Under the pieces are notes generated by a model, which was not told the origin of the DNA, made no database searches, and saw only the letters and a list, made by a program, of their open reading frames with translations. A program made the position numbers and the translations under genes. DNA of 64,000 nt from Desulfuromonadales bacterium. Its GTDB lineage: Bacteria; Desulfobacterota; Desulfuromonadia; Desulfuromonadales; SZUA-540. This document shows positions 48,792 through 57,855 of the stretch, piece after piece; within the stretch, counting starts at the first letter, position 1; every line of letters starts with the position of its first letter. The stretch covers positions 128,001-192,000 of the forward strand of contig JAWSUS010000002.1 of assembly GCA_033549025.1 (NCBI GenBank), read 5' to 3'.

Positions 48792-49898
48792 ATGTGTCGA
48801 ATCGGCGCCATTAAAAGCCGGAATTATGTCCACCCGAGCCAGGCCTTGCTGCTCATGCAGTCTCAACAGAAAGGCCACGACAACTCGGGTTTCGCCATGG
48901 TCATGCATGATCTTGGCGGCATCTTTGAAGGGTACAAACATCTCCCCACGCTCTCCCTCGCCTGTACCGACGAGGGCCTGAAAATCGCTGAAGACATCCT
49001 GCATGCCGCCGGCTTCCAGCGCGTTCTGCAGTGGGTCCCCGAAACCAATGATCAGCCCGGGCTCGATATCATCACCATGCCCAACTACGTCTTTGAGACC
49101 TTCGACTATCCCAAGCACTACAAAAAAGCGGAGCAGCGGGAAAAGGAGGAACTCCTGCTGGACATGCGCCTGAAAATTCGCCGCGCCCTGGAGAAGGACG
49201 AGACGGGTTTCGTCTATTCCTTCTGGCCCGACGTTCTCACCCTGAAAGAAATCGGCGATCCGCGCGATATCGGCACCTACTTCAACCTGTGGGAAGTGGA
49301 TAAGCGCTTCATGGCGAAGGTCATCACCGCCCAATGCCGACAGAATACCAACTACGACATCGTGCGCTATGCCGCCCACCCCTTCTTTCTGCAGGGCTAT
49401 ACGGCGCTGGCCAACGGCGAGAACACCTTCTACCTGAAAAACGTTGAGTTTCAGCAGAAACTCCACCGAGGTTATATCGGCTTTGAGTCGGACTCCCAGT
49501 GCTTTCTCTACACGCTGCACTACGCCCACCGGGAACTCGGCTGGCCCCTTTCCTACTTCAAGCATGTCATCACCCCACTCCCTTTTGAGGAGATCGAACA
49601 CCGCGACGACAAGGACTCCCTCCTTTCCATCCGTCAGTCTCTCGCCCATCTGGAGATCAACGGCCCCAACACCATCATCGGCGTGCTGCCCGACAACACC
49701 CTCTTCACCTGCTGCGATGCCAAGAAGCTGCGCCCCATCGTGGTCGGCCGTTCCGAGGACATGGTGGTCTTTTCGTCCGAAGTTTGCGGCATCAACGAGA
49801 TTCTGCCCGAACGGGACTGGGAAACGGACATTTATCCCCACGAGCGTGAAATCGTGGCTATTGATGAGAACCTGGAGGTTCACCGATGGAGACAATGA
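48792..49898 (+). CDS. Glutamate synthase, class II glutamine amidotransferase subunit (split GltB, part 1)
   Basis: N-terminal Cys nucleophile (MCRI), RQNTN, AHPF, NGE, SDS, KLRP, SSE. Confidence 0.85.
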   Translation: MCRIGAIKSRNYVHPSQALLLMQSQQKGHDNSGFAMVMHDLGGIFEGYKHLPTLSLACTDEGLKIAEDILHAAGFQRVLQWVPETNDQPGLDIITMPNYVFETFDYPKHYKKAEQREKEELLLDMRLKIRRALEKDETGFVYSFWPDVLTLKEIGDPRDIGTYFNLWEVDKRFMAKVITAQCRQNTNYDIVRYAAHPFFLQGYTALANGENTFYLKNVEFQQKLHRGYIGFESDSQCFLYTLHYAHRELGWPLSYFKHVITPLPFEEIEHRDDKDSLLSIRQSLAHLEINGPNTIIGVLPDNTLFTCCDAKKLRPIVVGRSEDMVVFSSEVCGINEILPERDWETDIYPHEREIVAIDENLEVHRWRQ

Positions 49899-51529
49899 GA
49901 ATCCAAGACATCACGCCCAATGACCTGCCCTGGAAAATCCGCTACGACGCCAGTCGCTGCACCTTGTGCGGTTCCTGCGTGGCGGCCTGTTCCTTTCGGG
50001 CCATTGTTCCCAAGGTCGAACGTCGCCGCCTGGTCTTTTCGGAAGGGGATCTACCCGAACCGAAGGCTCGCTTCAGTGCCGTGCCCGTCATCCGTCAGGC
50101 CCACTCCATCAAGAACTACTGCCGCGGCTGCGGCATCTGTGAAAAGGTCTGCCCCAACGACGCCATCGGGCCTTTGCGCAACGTGGACAACCGCCACCCT
50201 ATCGTCACCCGCTGTCTGGGGGGCGATTCCATCAAGCGCGGCGGCCGCAAGAATCTGGAGGGGACCGTCCGTACCCTCGACCGCCTGCGCGTCGGCCGCA
50301 TCTCCCAGATGACCGACCCCAGCCTCGACGCCCAGCGCCACACCTTTGACCTGCTGGCCCCATTCGGTCGCATCATGCCGGCGAACAAGCTCCCCTTTGC
50401 CGTCAATGAGACCGGGCAGCTGGCGGCCTCCGGTCAGACGCCGCCGGTACGCTGGATCTACCCCGTCATCATCGGCGACATGTCCATCGGCGCGCTCTCC
50501 TGGCGCATGTGGGAGGCCGTTGCCATGGCCGTCGCTTATCTCAACGAGGAGTGCGGCCTGCCTGTACGCATGTCCTCGGGCGAAGGCGGCGTGCCGGAGC
50601 GCCTGCTCAAAAGCCGCTACCTCAAGTACATGATCCTGCAGATCGCCTCCGGCCATTTCGGCTGGAACCGTATCGCCAAAACGATGCCGTACATGACCGA
50701 AGACCCGGCCGGCATTCTCATCAAGATCGGCCAGGGAGCCAAGCCCGGTGACGGCGGTCTGCTCATGGCCCAGAAGGTGGCTGAACACATTCAGGCTATT
50801 CGCGGCGTCCCCAAGGCGGACCTGCTCTCGCCTCCCAACCATCAGGGGCTCTACTCCATCGAGGAGAGCGTGCAGAAGATGTTCCTTTCCTTCAATGCCG
50901 CTTTCAAGTTCCGCGTACCGGTCGCCATCAAGGTCGCCGCCTCGGCGACTTCGGTCTCGGTCTTTAACAACCTGGTGCGCGACCCCTACAATATTGTCGG
51001 CGGCTTCTTCCTCGACGGCATCGACGGCGGCACCGGCGCCGCCCATGAGGTCTCCCTCGACCATACCGGCCATCCTATCGTCAGCAAACTGCGGGACTGT
51101 TACCTGGCGGCGGTGGCCCAGGGCCGACAGGGGCAGATTCCCCTGTGGGCGGCCGGAGGACTGGGCAAGACCGGCGACCTGGCCGCCGATGCCTTCAAGA
51201 TGATCTGCCTGGGGGCCAACGGCGTCTTTACCGGCAAACTCATTCTGCAGATGGCCGGCTGCGTCGGCAACGAGATGGGTCGCTGCAACGCCTGTAATAC
51301 AGGCCTGTGTCCCGTCGGCATCACCACGCAGGAGCCGGCTCTGGCCCATCGCCTCGATGTGGAGAGGGCGGCCCAGAACATCGTCAACTACTTCCTGGCC
51401 ATGGATCAGGAGCTGAAAAAGCTCATGGCGCCCATCGGCAACTCGTCTCTGCCCGTCGGACGCGCCGACGCCCTTATTTCCACCGACCGGGCTGTAGCGG
51501 AGCGCTTGCAGATCCAGTACGTTTGCTAG
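49886..51529 (+). CDS. Glutamate synthase FMN-binding subunit with N-terminal 2[4Fe-4S] ferredoxin (split GltB, part 2)
   Basis: CTLCGSC..C, CRGCGIC..CP; MSIGALS, SGEGG, IKIGQGAKPGDGG, CPVGITTQ. Confidence 0.88.
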   Translation: METMRIQDITPNDLPWKIRYDASRCTLCGSCVAACSFRAIVPKVERRRLVFSEGDLPEPKARFSAVPVIRQAHSIKNYCRGCGICEKVCPNDAIGPLRNVDNRHPIVTRCLGGDSIKRGGRKNLEGTVRTLDRLRVGRISQMTDPSLDAQRHTFDLLAPFGRIMPANKLPFAVNETGQLAASGQTPPVRWIYPVIIGDMSIGALSWRMWEAVAMAVAYLNEECGLPVRMSSGEGGVPERLLKSRYLKYMILQIASGHFGWNRIAKTMPYMTEDPAGILIKIGQGAKPGDGGLLMAQKVAEHIQAIRGVPKADLLSPPNHQGLYSIEESVQKMFLSFNAAFKFRVPVAIKVAASATSVSVFNNLVRDPYNIVGGFFLDGIDGGTGAAHEVSLDHTGHPIVSKLRDCYLAAVAQGRQGQIPLWAAGGLGKTGDLAADAFKMICLGANGVFTGKLILQMAGCVGNEMGRCNACNTGLCPVGITTQEPALAHRLDVERAAQNIVNYFLAMDQELKKLMAPIGNSSLPVGRADALISTDRAVAERLQIQYVC

Positions 51530-51568
51530 GATCGTGAGGCCAAACCTCACTTTTTACGGGAGTTTACC

Positions 51569-53881
51569 ATGGCGGCTCAAATCATCGGTTTCGACGAAAA
51601 AAAACAGCGCATTTCCACCCAGAAACTGCTGCAGCAGATCTATGCCTCCCTGGAGAAGGGCGAGACGGAGTTTGAAATCCTCTCCTCCGGGCATCACAAT
51701 ATCGGCGGTCCCCTGTGGACCGCGGACGGCACGCCCCTGCGGTTCAAGGTAAAAAACCCCGGTCAGCGCGTCGGCTCTTTTGGACTCGACGGGACCGAGA
51801 TCATCGTGGAAGGCTCGGCCCCCGCTGATGCCGGCTGGCTCAATGCCGGCGCCACGCTGGTCATCAAGGGGGATGGCGGTGACACCACGGCCCACTGCGC
51901 CGCCAGCGGCAAGATCTACGTGGCCGGCCGCGTCGGTACGCGTTCCGGCTCACTCATGAAGCACGACCCGGCCTATGAGCCCCCTGAATTTTGGATTTTG
52001 AAGAATACCGGCAGTTTTTCTTTCGAATTCATGGGAGGCGGCCTCGGCATTGTCTGCGGTATCGACTGTGAGGAGATGGACTCGGTTCTGGGTGATCGGG
52101 CCTGCATGGGCATGGTCGGCGGCACCATCTATGTACGCGGCCCCGTCCGCGGCCTTTCCGAGGATGTCTGGCTGCTCGACCTCGACGAGGCGGATCGCGC
52201 CTTTTTGAAAGCCGGTCTGCCGGTCTTTCTCGAAAAAGTCGACCGCCTTCATCGGCTGGAAACCCTGTCGGACTTTTCCACCTGGCGCAAGATTGTCGCC
52301 AAAACCTATGAAGAGAGGCAGGTACACCACCGCATCACCATGCGGGAGTTCCGCCAGCAGAAATGGGTGGAAGGCGGCATCTTCGGCGATGTGGTCAAAG
52401 ACGACTACCTGCATGTCGCCGGCCTGGTCAACAGCGGCGACGATCGTCTTAAAATCCCCCATTGGCAGGACAAAAAGTATGGTGCCCCCTGCCAGACTTC
52501 CTGCCCTTCGGCCATCCCCACCCAGGAACGCATCAAACTGCTGCGCCAGGGCAAGGTCAAAGAAGCCCTGGAACTGGTCCTGCACTATTCGCCCTTTCCG
52601 GCCAGCGTTTGTGGCGAGGTCTGTCCCAATCTGTGCATGGATGCCTGTACCCGCCAGTTTCTCGATCACCCGGTCGCCATGAAGGAACTGGGGCGCCTGT
52701 CGCTGGAAGCCGCGTCCCCCCGCCCCCAGGCAGACAGCGGCAAGTCCGTGGCCATCATCGGCGGTGGCCCGGGAGGACTTTCCGCCGCCTGGCAGCTGCG
52801 CCTGGCCGGTCATCAGGTCACGATCTACGAAGCTGACCAGGAGGTTGGCGGCAAGCTGCGCCAGGCTATCCCCTCGTCACGACTGCCGGAAAACTCCCTG
52901 AAAGCCGAGATCGAGCGGGTCAAAGACCTGGGGATCACCATCCACACCCATACGCGGGTCGATGCGAAAAAGTTTGAGGAGATCCGCCACAGCAGTGACG
53001 CCGTGGTCATCGCCAGCGGCGCGCACAATGCGGTCGTCATCCCCTTCCCGGGCCACGACCGTCTGGTCAAGGGCCTCGACTTCCTCAAGGAAATCAACGC
53101 CGGCCACCGTCCCGCCGTCGGTGAGAAGGTCGTGGTCATCGGAGCCGGCAACGCCGGTATGGACGTCTGCCTCGGCGCCTACGCCATGGGCGCCAAAAAA
53201 GTCACGGCCATCGACATCCAGCGCCCCGCCGCCTACAAGCATGAAATCGATGGCGTCAAAGCCCTTGGCGGCGAAATCCGCTGGCCCGTCTTCACCGAGA
53301 AAGTGGACGCCAAGGGATTGTGGACCAAGCATGGCGAACTGATCGAGGCCGATATGGTCATCATCGCCATCGGTGAGCGCCCTGACCTCTCCTATCTCCC
53401 CCGCGAATGGCTCACCGACCGGGGCATGATGGATGTGGACGCCTGCGGACAGGCGGTCAAAGCTCCCGGCGTGTTCGCCCTCGGCGACACCATCAAGCCA
53501 GGCCTGTTGACCCACGCCATCGGGCAAGGCGCCGATGTCGCCCGGATGATCCACGATTATCTGGCGGGCAAGGAGCTTACGCCCGTCAAAAAGCCGGAGG
53601 TCATCCCGCAGAGCTGTCTCTCCAAGGAGCTCTTCCGGCCCCAGAACCGCGGCCGTTTCTGCCTCACCGACGCCAAGGGCGAAACCGGCCGCTGTCTCTC
53701 CTGCGGCACCTGCCGCGACTGCTCCATGTGCCTGGAAGCCTGCCCTGAAGGGGCTATAAAACGGCTGGAGAAGGAGGACGGCTCCTTCGAATACCTATCG
53801 GACGACCACTACTGTATCGGCTGCGGCATCTGCGCCGGTATCTGCCCTTGCGGCATCTGGGCCATGGAACAGGTCGTCTGA
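51569..53881 (+). CDS. Glutamate synthase GXGXG domain fused to a GltD-like FAD/NAD(P)H oxidoreductase and ferredoxin
   Basis: N-terminal GXGXG beta-helix repeats (FEFMGGG, GMVGG); PCQTSCP, CGEVCP; GGGPGG and GAGNAG; C-terminal CxxCxxC ferredoxin motifs. Confidence 0.85.
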   Translation: MAAQIIGFDEKKQRISTQKLLQQIYASLEKGETEFEILSSGHHNIGGPLWTADGTPLRFKVKNPGQRVGSFGLDGTEIIVEGSAPADAGWLNAGATLVIKGDGGDTTAHCAASGKIYVAGRVGTRSGSLMKHDPAYEPPEFWILKNTGSFSFEFMGGGLGIVCGIDCEEMDSVLGDRACMGMVGGTIYVRGPVRGLSEDVWLLDLDEADRAFLKAGLPVFLEKVDRLHRLETLSDFSTWRKIVAKTYEERQVHHRITMREFRQQKWVEGGIFGDVVKDDYLHVAGLVNSGDDRLKIPHWQDKKYGAPCQTSCPSAIPTQERIKLLRQGKVKEALELVLHYSPFPASVCGEVCPNLCMDACTRQFLDHPVAMKELGRLSLEAASPRPQADSGKSVAIIGGGPGGLSAAWQLRLAGHQVTIYEADQEVGGKLRQAIPSSRLPENSLKAEIERVKDLGITIHTHTRVDAKKFEEIRHSSDAVVIASGAHNAVVIPFPGHDRLVKGLDFLKEINAGHRPAVGEKVVVIGAGNAGMDVCLGAYAMGAKKVTAIDIQRPAAYKHEIDGVKALGGEIRWPVFTEKVDAKGLWTKHGELIEADMVIIAIGERPDLSYLPREWLTDRGMMDVDACGQAVKAPGVFALGDTIKPGLLTHAIGQGADVARMIHDYLAGKELTPVKKPEVIPQSCLSKELFRPQNRGRFCLTDAKGETGRCLSCGTCRDCSMCLEACPEGAIKRLEKEDGSFEYLSDDHYCIGCGICAGICPCGIWAMEQVV

Positions 53882-53890
53882 CGCTCGCCC

Positions 53891-53932
53891 TTGCGGCTCC
53901 CGGGGCCAACCATCCATCCCCGGGAGCCGCAA
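53891..53932. terminator. Perfect 15-bp stem hairpin after the glutamate synthase operon
   Basis: TTGCGGCTCCCGGGG-12 nt-CCCCGGGAGCCGCAA; no clear U-tract. Confidence 0.5.
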
Positions 53933-54103
53933 CCCTCCTTAAAACGCTTCTGATTTCCCACCCAAATCTCTGTCTTTGCACGCGGCCTTTCCCGCAAAAA
54001 CCTTGACCGCACGAGGTTTTTGCCTTAATTATTGTACTGTGCGCCGGCAGAAAAGGCTCTTTTTCCTGCCATCAAACGGCCGATGCGAAACCGACGGAGT
54101 TTC

Positions 54104-56230
54104 ATGACCAATACCCTGCCCTTACGAAAACCCCTGATTCTTGTGGTCGATGATGCGGCGGTCATGCGGGAATTCTGTCGCCAGGTGCTGACCGAAGCCG
54201 GTTTCGACGTGGCCCTGGCGGAAGGGGGAGAGGAGGCTCTCGAACTCTTCGCCCTGCTCAAGCCCGACCTGGTGCTGCTCGACGTGGTCATGCCGGGCAT
54301 GGACGGCTTTGCCGTCTGCAGCGCGCTGCGCCAGGTTCCCCACGGCGCCGGCATCCCCATCATCATGGTAACAGGCCTGGACGACCCCGAGTCCATTCAG
54401 AATGCCTTCGAAATCGGCGCCACCGATTTTATCACCAAGCCAATCAACGAAATTGTGTTGGCCAATCGTACCCGCTATGTCCTGCGGGCCAACAAGGCCT
54501 TTTCCGACCTCGCCGAAAACAAAACGCGACTGGCCACCGCTCAGCGCATCGCCCGTCTCGGCTACTGGGAGCTCTCGTCGGAGGAGAATCTCTTCCGGTT
54601 GTCGGCCGAAGCCAGTTGCCTGCTGGGATTGGGACTTTCTTCCATGGAAGTCAATTACGGCGACTTTTTCAGCCATATTCACCCGGATGACCAGATACGG
54701 GTCAAGGAAGTCTTCCGATCGTCCCTCACGGCGCGCACCCCCTTCAGCCTTCACTACAAGGCGCTCCTGCCCCAGGGGCACGAACGCATCATTTTCAGCC
54801 AGGGCGAGTTCTCGCACGAGGGGGAAAAAGACAGCTTGCCGCTGATTGGCATCATCCAAGATGTCTCCGCCTTCAAGCAGGCGGAAGAGCAGATCCGTAT
54901 GCTGGCCTTTTACGATAGCCTGACCGGCCTGGCCAACCGGTTGCTTTTCAAGGACCGCTGCGAGCAGGCGCTATCCTATGCCGCTCGCCAGGACCGTCAT
55001 GCGGCGTTGCTCTACCTCGACCTCGACCGTTTCAAGCGCATTAACGACACCTTCGGCCACTCCATCGGCGATCTCCTGCTGCAGGAAGTGGCCAAACGGC
55101 TCAACCACTGCCTGCGCCGGACAGATACCGCCTCGTTCATCGGCGCGGCCAGCCTCGATTCCTGCGTTTCGCGCCTAGGCGGCGATGAATTTTCCATCCT
55201 CCTCGGCGACCTGGGCAGTCCCCGCGATGCGGCGAAAATCGCCCGGCGCCTCATTGCCGCCGTCTCCCAGCCCCTTCACCTTGAAGGCTTCGAATTGTGC
55301 GTCACCACCAGTATCGGCATCAGTCTTTTTCCCGCCGACGGCAACACGGTCGACACCCTGCTTAAAAACGCCGATACCGCCATGTATTATGCCAAGGACC
55401 ATGGACGGGACAACTTCCAGTTTTATCAGGAGTCGATGAATGCCTCGGCCCTTGAGCGCCTGGGCCTTGAACGGGACATCCGCAAGGCCCTGGAAAGAAA
55501 CGAATTTGTACTCTATTTTCAGCCTCAGCTGAACTGCGATACCGGTGAGGTGGTTGGCGGCGAGGCCCTGATCCGCTGGAATCACCCCGAACGGGGACTC
55601 ATCTATCCCGACGAGTTTATCCCTGTCGCCGAAGACTCGGGCCTGATCGTCGCCATCAACGAATGGGTGCTACGGGCCGCCTGCCAGCAGAGCAAAGACT
55701 GGGCCGAGATCGGCTATGGCCGCATACGCATCGCCGTCAATCTGTCCGGCCGGAATACGACCATCCTGCAGATCGCCGAAACGGTGACCCGCGCCTTGCG
55801 CGAAAGCTGTCTTGACAACCACCGCCTGGAGCTGGAAATCACTGAAAGCACGATCATGCAGAAAGAAGAGGAGACTACCGCCGCCCTGCACATGCTCAAG
55901 GACATGGGGATGCAGATCGCCATCGACGACTTCGGCACCGGCTACTCTTCCCTGAGCTATCTGAAGAACTTTCCCATCGACACCCTCAAAATCGACCGCT
56001 CCTTTATCACCGACCTCTCTGCCGGCAACAAGAACGCCGCCATTATCAAGTCGATTATTACCATGGCCCACAGCCTGGAACTCAACGTAGTCGCCGAGGG
56101 CGTGGAAAACCAGGGGCAGCTCGCCTTTTTGCGCAAGCTCGGCTGTAACGAGATCCAGGGATTCCTCTTCAGCGGCGCCGTTCCCGCCGACATTTTCGTC
56201 GGGCTGCTCAAGCGGGATCACGTCTGGTAG
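54104..56230 (+). CDS. Response regulator REC-PAS-GGDEF-EAL (c-di-GMP turnover)
   Basis: LVVDD, LLDVVMP, FITKP; RLGGDEF; EALIRW; DDFGTGYSSL. Confidence 0.92.
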   Translation: MTNTLPLRKPLILVVDDAAVMREFCRQVLTEAGFDVALAEGGEEALELFALLKPDLVLLDVVMPGMDGFAVCSALRQVPHGAGIPIIMVTGLDDPESIQNAFEIGATDFITKPINEIVLANRTRYVLRANKAFSDLAENKTRLATAQRIARLGYWELSSEENLFRLSAEASCLLGLGLSSMEVNYGDFFSHIHPDDQIRVKEVFRSSLTARTPFSLHYKALLPQGHERIIFSQGEFSHEGEKDSLPLIGIIQDVSAFKQAEEQIRMLAFYDSLTGLANRLLFKDRCEQALSYAARQDRHAALLYLDLDRFKRINDTFGHSIGDLLLQEVAKRLNHCLRRTDTASFIGAASLDSCVSRLGGDEFSILLGDLGSPRDAAKIARRLIAAVSQPLHLEGFELCVTTSIGISLFPADGNTVDTLLKNADTAMYYAKDHGRDNFQFYQESMNASALERLGLERDIRKALERNEFVLYFQPQLNCDTGEVVGGEALIRWNHPERGLIYPDEFIPVAEDSGLIVAINEWVLRAACQQSKDWAEIGYGRIRIAVNLSGRNTTILQIAETVTRALRESCLDNHRLELEITESTIMQKEEETTAALHMLKDMGMQIAIDDFGTGYSSLSYLKNFPIDTLKIDRSFITDLSAGNKNAAIIKSIITMAHSLELNVVAEGVENQGQLAFLRKLGCNEIQGFLFSGAVPADIFVGLLKRDHVW

Positions 56231-56310
56231 CGGACGCATTTTCCCCTTGATCCCTCCATCCCCTCTCTGTTTTAATCCTGGGGCGTATCCCGCCATAACA
56301 TCGACTTTTC

Positions 56311-57129
56311 TTGAGCACGGAGATCCTCTTGCCCGTTTTGGAAGATAAACTTTTTCAGCGCATCAAAAAGCTCACCGGTCAGGCCATCGGCGACTTCAAT
56401 CTCATCGAGGACGGTGATCGCATCCTCGTCGGTGTCTCGGGAGGGAAGGACTCCTACACGCTGCTGCACATTCTCGACCGCCTGCGCCGCCGCGCCCCCA
56501 TCCGCTATGAGCTCGTGCCCGTCACCGTCGATTCCGGCTACCCCGGTTTCCGCACGGACATCATCGCCGAGCACCTGCGCGAACACGGCTTTGCCGACCG
56601 CGTGGAGAATACGGACTGTTACCGCATCATCACGGAAAAAAGGCGGCCCGGCTCTTCTTTCTGCGCCTTCTGCGCCCGTCTGCGCCGCGGCGTGCTGTAC
56701 AGCGTGGCGGACGAACTCGGCTGCAACAAGCTGGCGCTGGGACACCATCTCGACGACGTCATCGAGACCCTGCTGTTAAACCAGTTCTACATCGGCACCT
56801 TGGGGGCCATGAGCCCCAAGCTGCTGGCCGACAACGGCCGTCACACGGTCATCCGCCCCCTCGTCTACGTCCCCGAAGCTGACATCGTCGAATTCGCCCG
56901 GCAAAACGCTTTCCCGCTCGTGTGCTGCTCCTGCCCGGCCCATGCCCGTCAGGACCAGAAACGCCAGCGCATGAAAAAGCTGATCAGCGATCTTTCCATC
57001 GAGATCCCCCATATCCGTCAGAGCATGATTGGCGCTCTCGCCAACGTCCAGCCTCGCCACCTGCTCGACCGCCAGCTGAAGGATTTTGGGACCGTGGAAA
57101 AATCGGCAAAGTCCGGTAAAGTGGACTGA
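56311..57129 (+). CDS. ttcA: tRNA 2-thiocytidine(32) synthetase
   Basis: SGGKDS PP-loop, CAFCARLRRG, GHHLDD, IRPL, CSC. Confidence 0.92.
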   Translation: MSTEILLPVLEDKLFQRIKKLTGQAIGDFNLIEDGDRILVGVSGGKDSYTLLHILDRLRRRAPIRYELVPVTVDSGYPGFRTDIIAEHLREHGFADRVENTDCYRIITEKRRPGSSFCAFCARLRRGVLYSVADELGCNKLALGHHLDDVIETLLLNQFYIGTLGAMSPKLLADNGRHTVIRPLVYVPEADIVEFARQNAFPLVCCSCPAHARQDQKRQRMKKLISDLSIEIPHIRQSMIGALANVQPRHLLDRQLKDFGTVEKSAKSGKVD

Positions 57130-57197
57130 AAAGGCCAACAGGGAGCCATTCAGGCTCACTGTGCCGGATCACCGCCCCTTTTCGAAACGATCGTACG

Positions 57198-57848
57198 ATG
57201 CTGACAGATGCCATTCGCCCGACTTCGGCCGCCAAAACCGTCTTTCTCGATCTGCCGCAGGCATCCCTGCATAAAGTGCTGCGCAGCCTGCTGCGACAGT
57301 GGCACTTTGACCTGACCGAGTCCTCCACAAAGGCGGGCCTGCACCTCACCGCCCCCTCACCCCACCAGCTGACCCTCCATGGGCCAGCCGGTCTTTTGAC
57401 CTCTCTGCCCTTCCCCCTGCGCATTGAAGAGCTGTGGCGGGCCGTCGAAGGGCCTTTTTATCCTTTTCCGCGCGCCCACATCCGCCTGAACCTGGAGCAG
57501 GCCCTTCTGCTGCACCTGCGGGGCCAATACGAGGAAACGAGCCTGTCCAGTCTTTCGGACCGTGGCATGCGTTGTTTCTGCAAGCGGGAGCTGGTCCCGG
57601 AGGAAGAGTTGGAAGTCGAGATGGAGCTTGAGAGGGAGGTCCTGCGATTGAAGGGAACGGTCATCTATGCGCAGAGTCGCACCGACTGCTGGGAAACAGG
57701 GGTTGTTTTTCAGCACATCACCCCGGCTGAGCGCCTGCGGGTGCGAAACTTCATCGTCCGCACCCTGCTGACACGAGCGCGGTCCGAGGTGGGGGAAGAC
57801 TCTTTCCACGAGGCGAGCGAGTTCTTTTACCTGCCCGCGCCGGGCTGA
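57198..57848 (+). CDS. PilZ-domain protein
   Basis: RAHIR (RxxxR) and SLSDRG (degenerate DxSxxG); GVVF. Confidence 0.6.
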   Translation: MLTDAIRPTSAAKTVFLDLPQASLHKVLRSLLRQWHFDLTESSTKAGLHLTAPSPHQLTLHGPAGLLTSLPFPLRIEELWRAVEGPFYPFPRAHIRLNLEQALLLHLRGQYEETSLSSLSDRGMRCFCKRELVPEEELEVEMELEREVLRLKGTVIYAQSRTDCWETGVVFQHITPAERLRVRNFIVRTLLTRARSEVGEDSFHEASEFFYLPAPG

Positions 57849-57855
57849 ACGGCAC

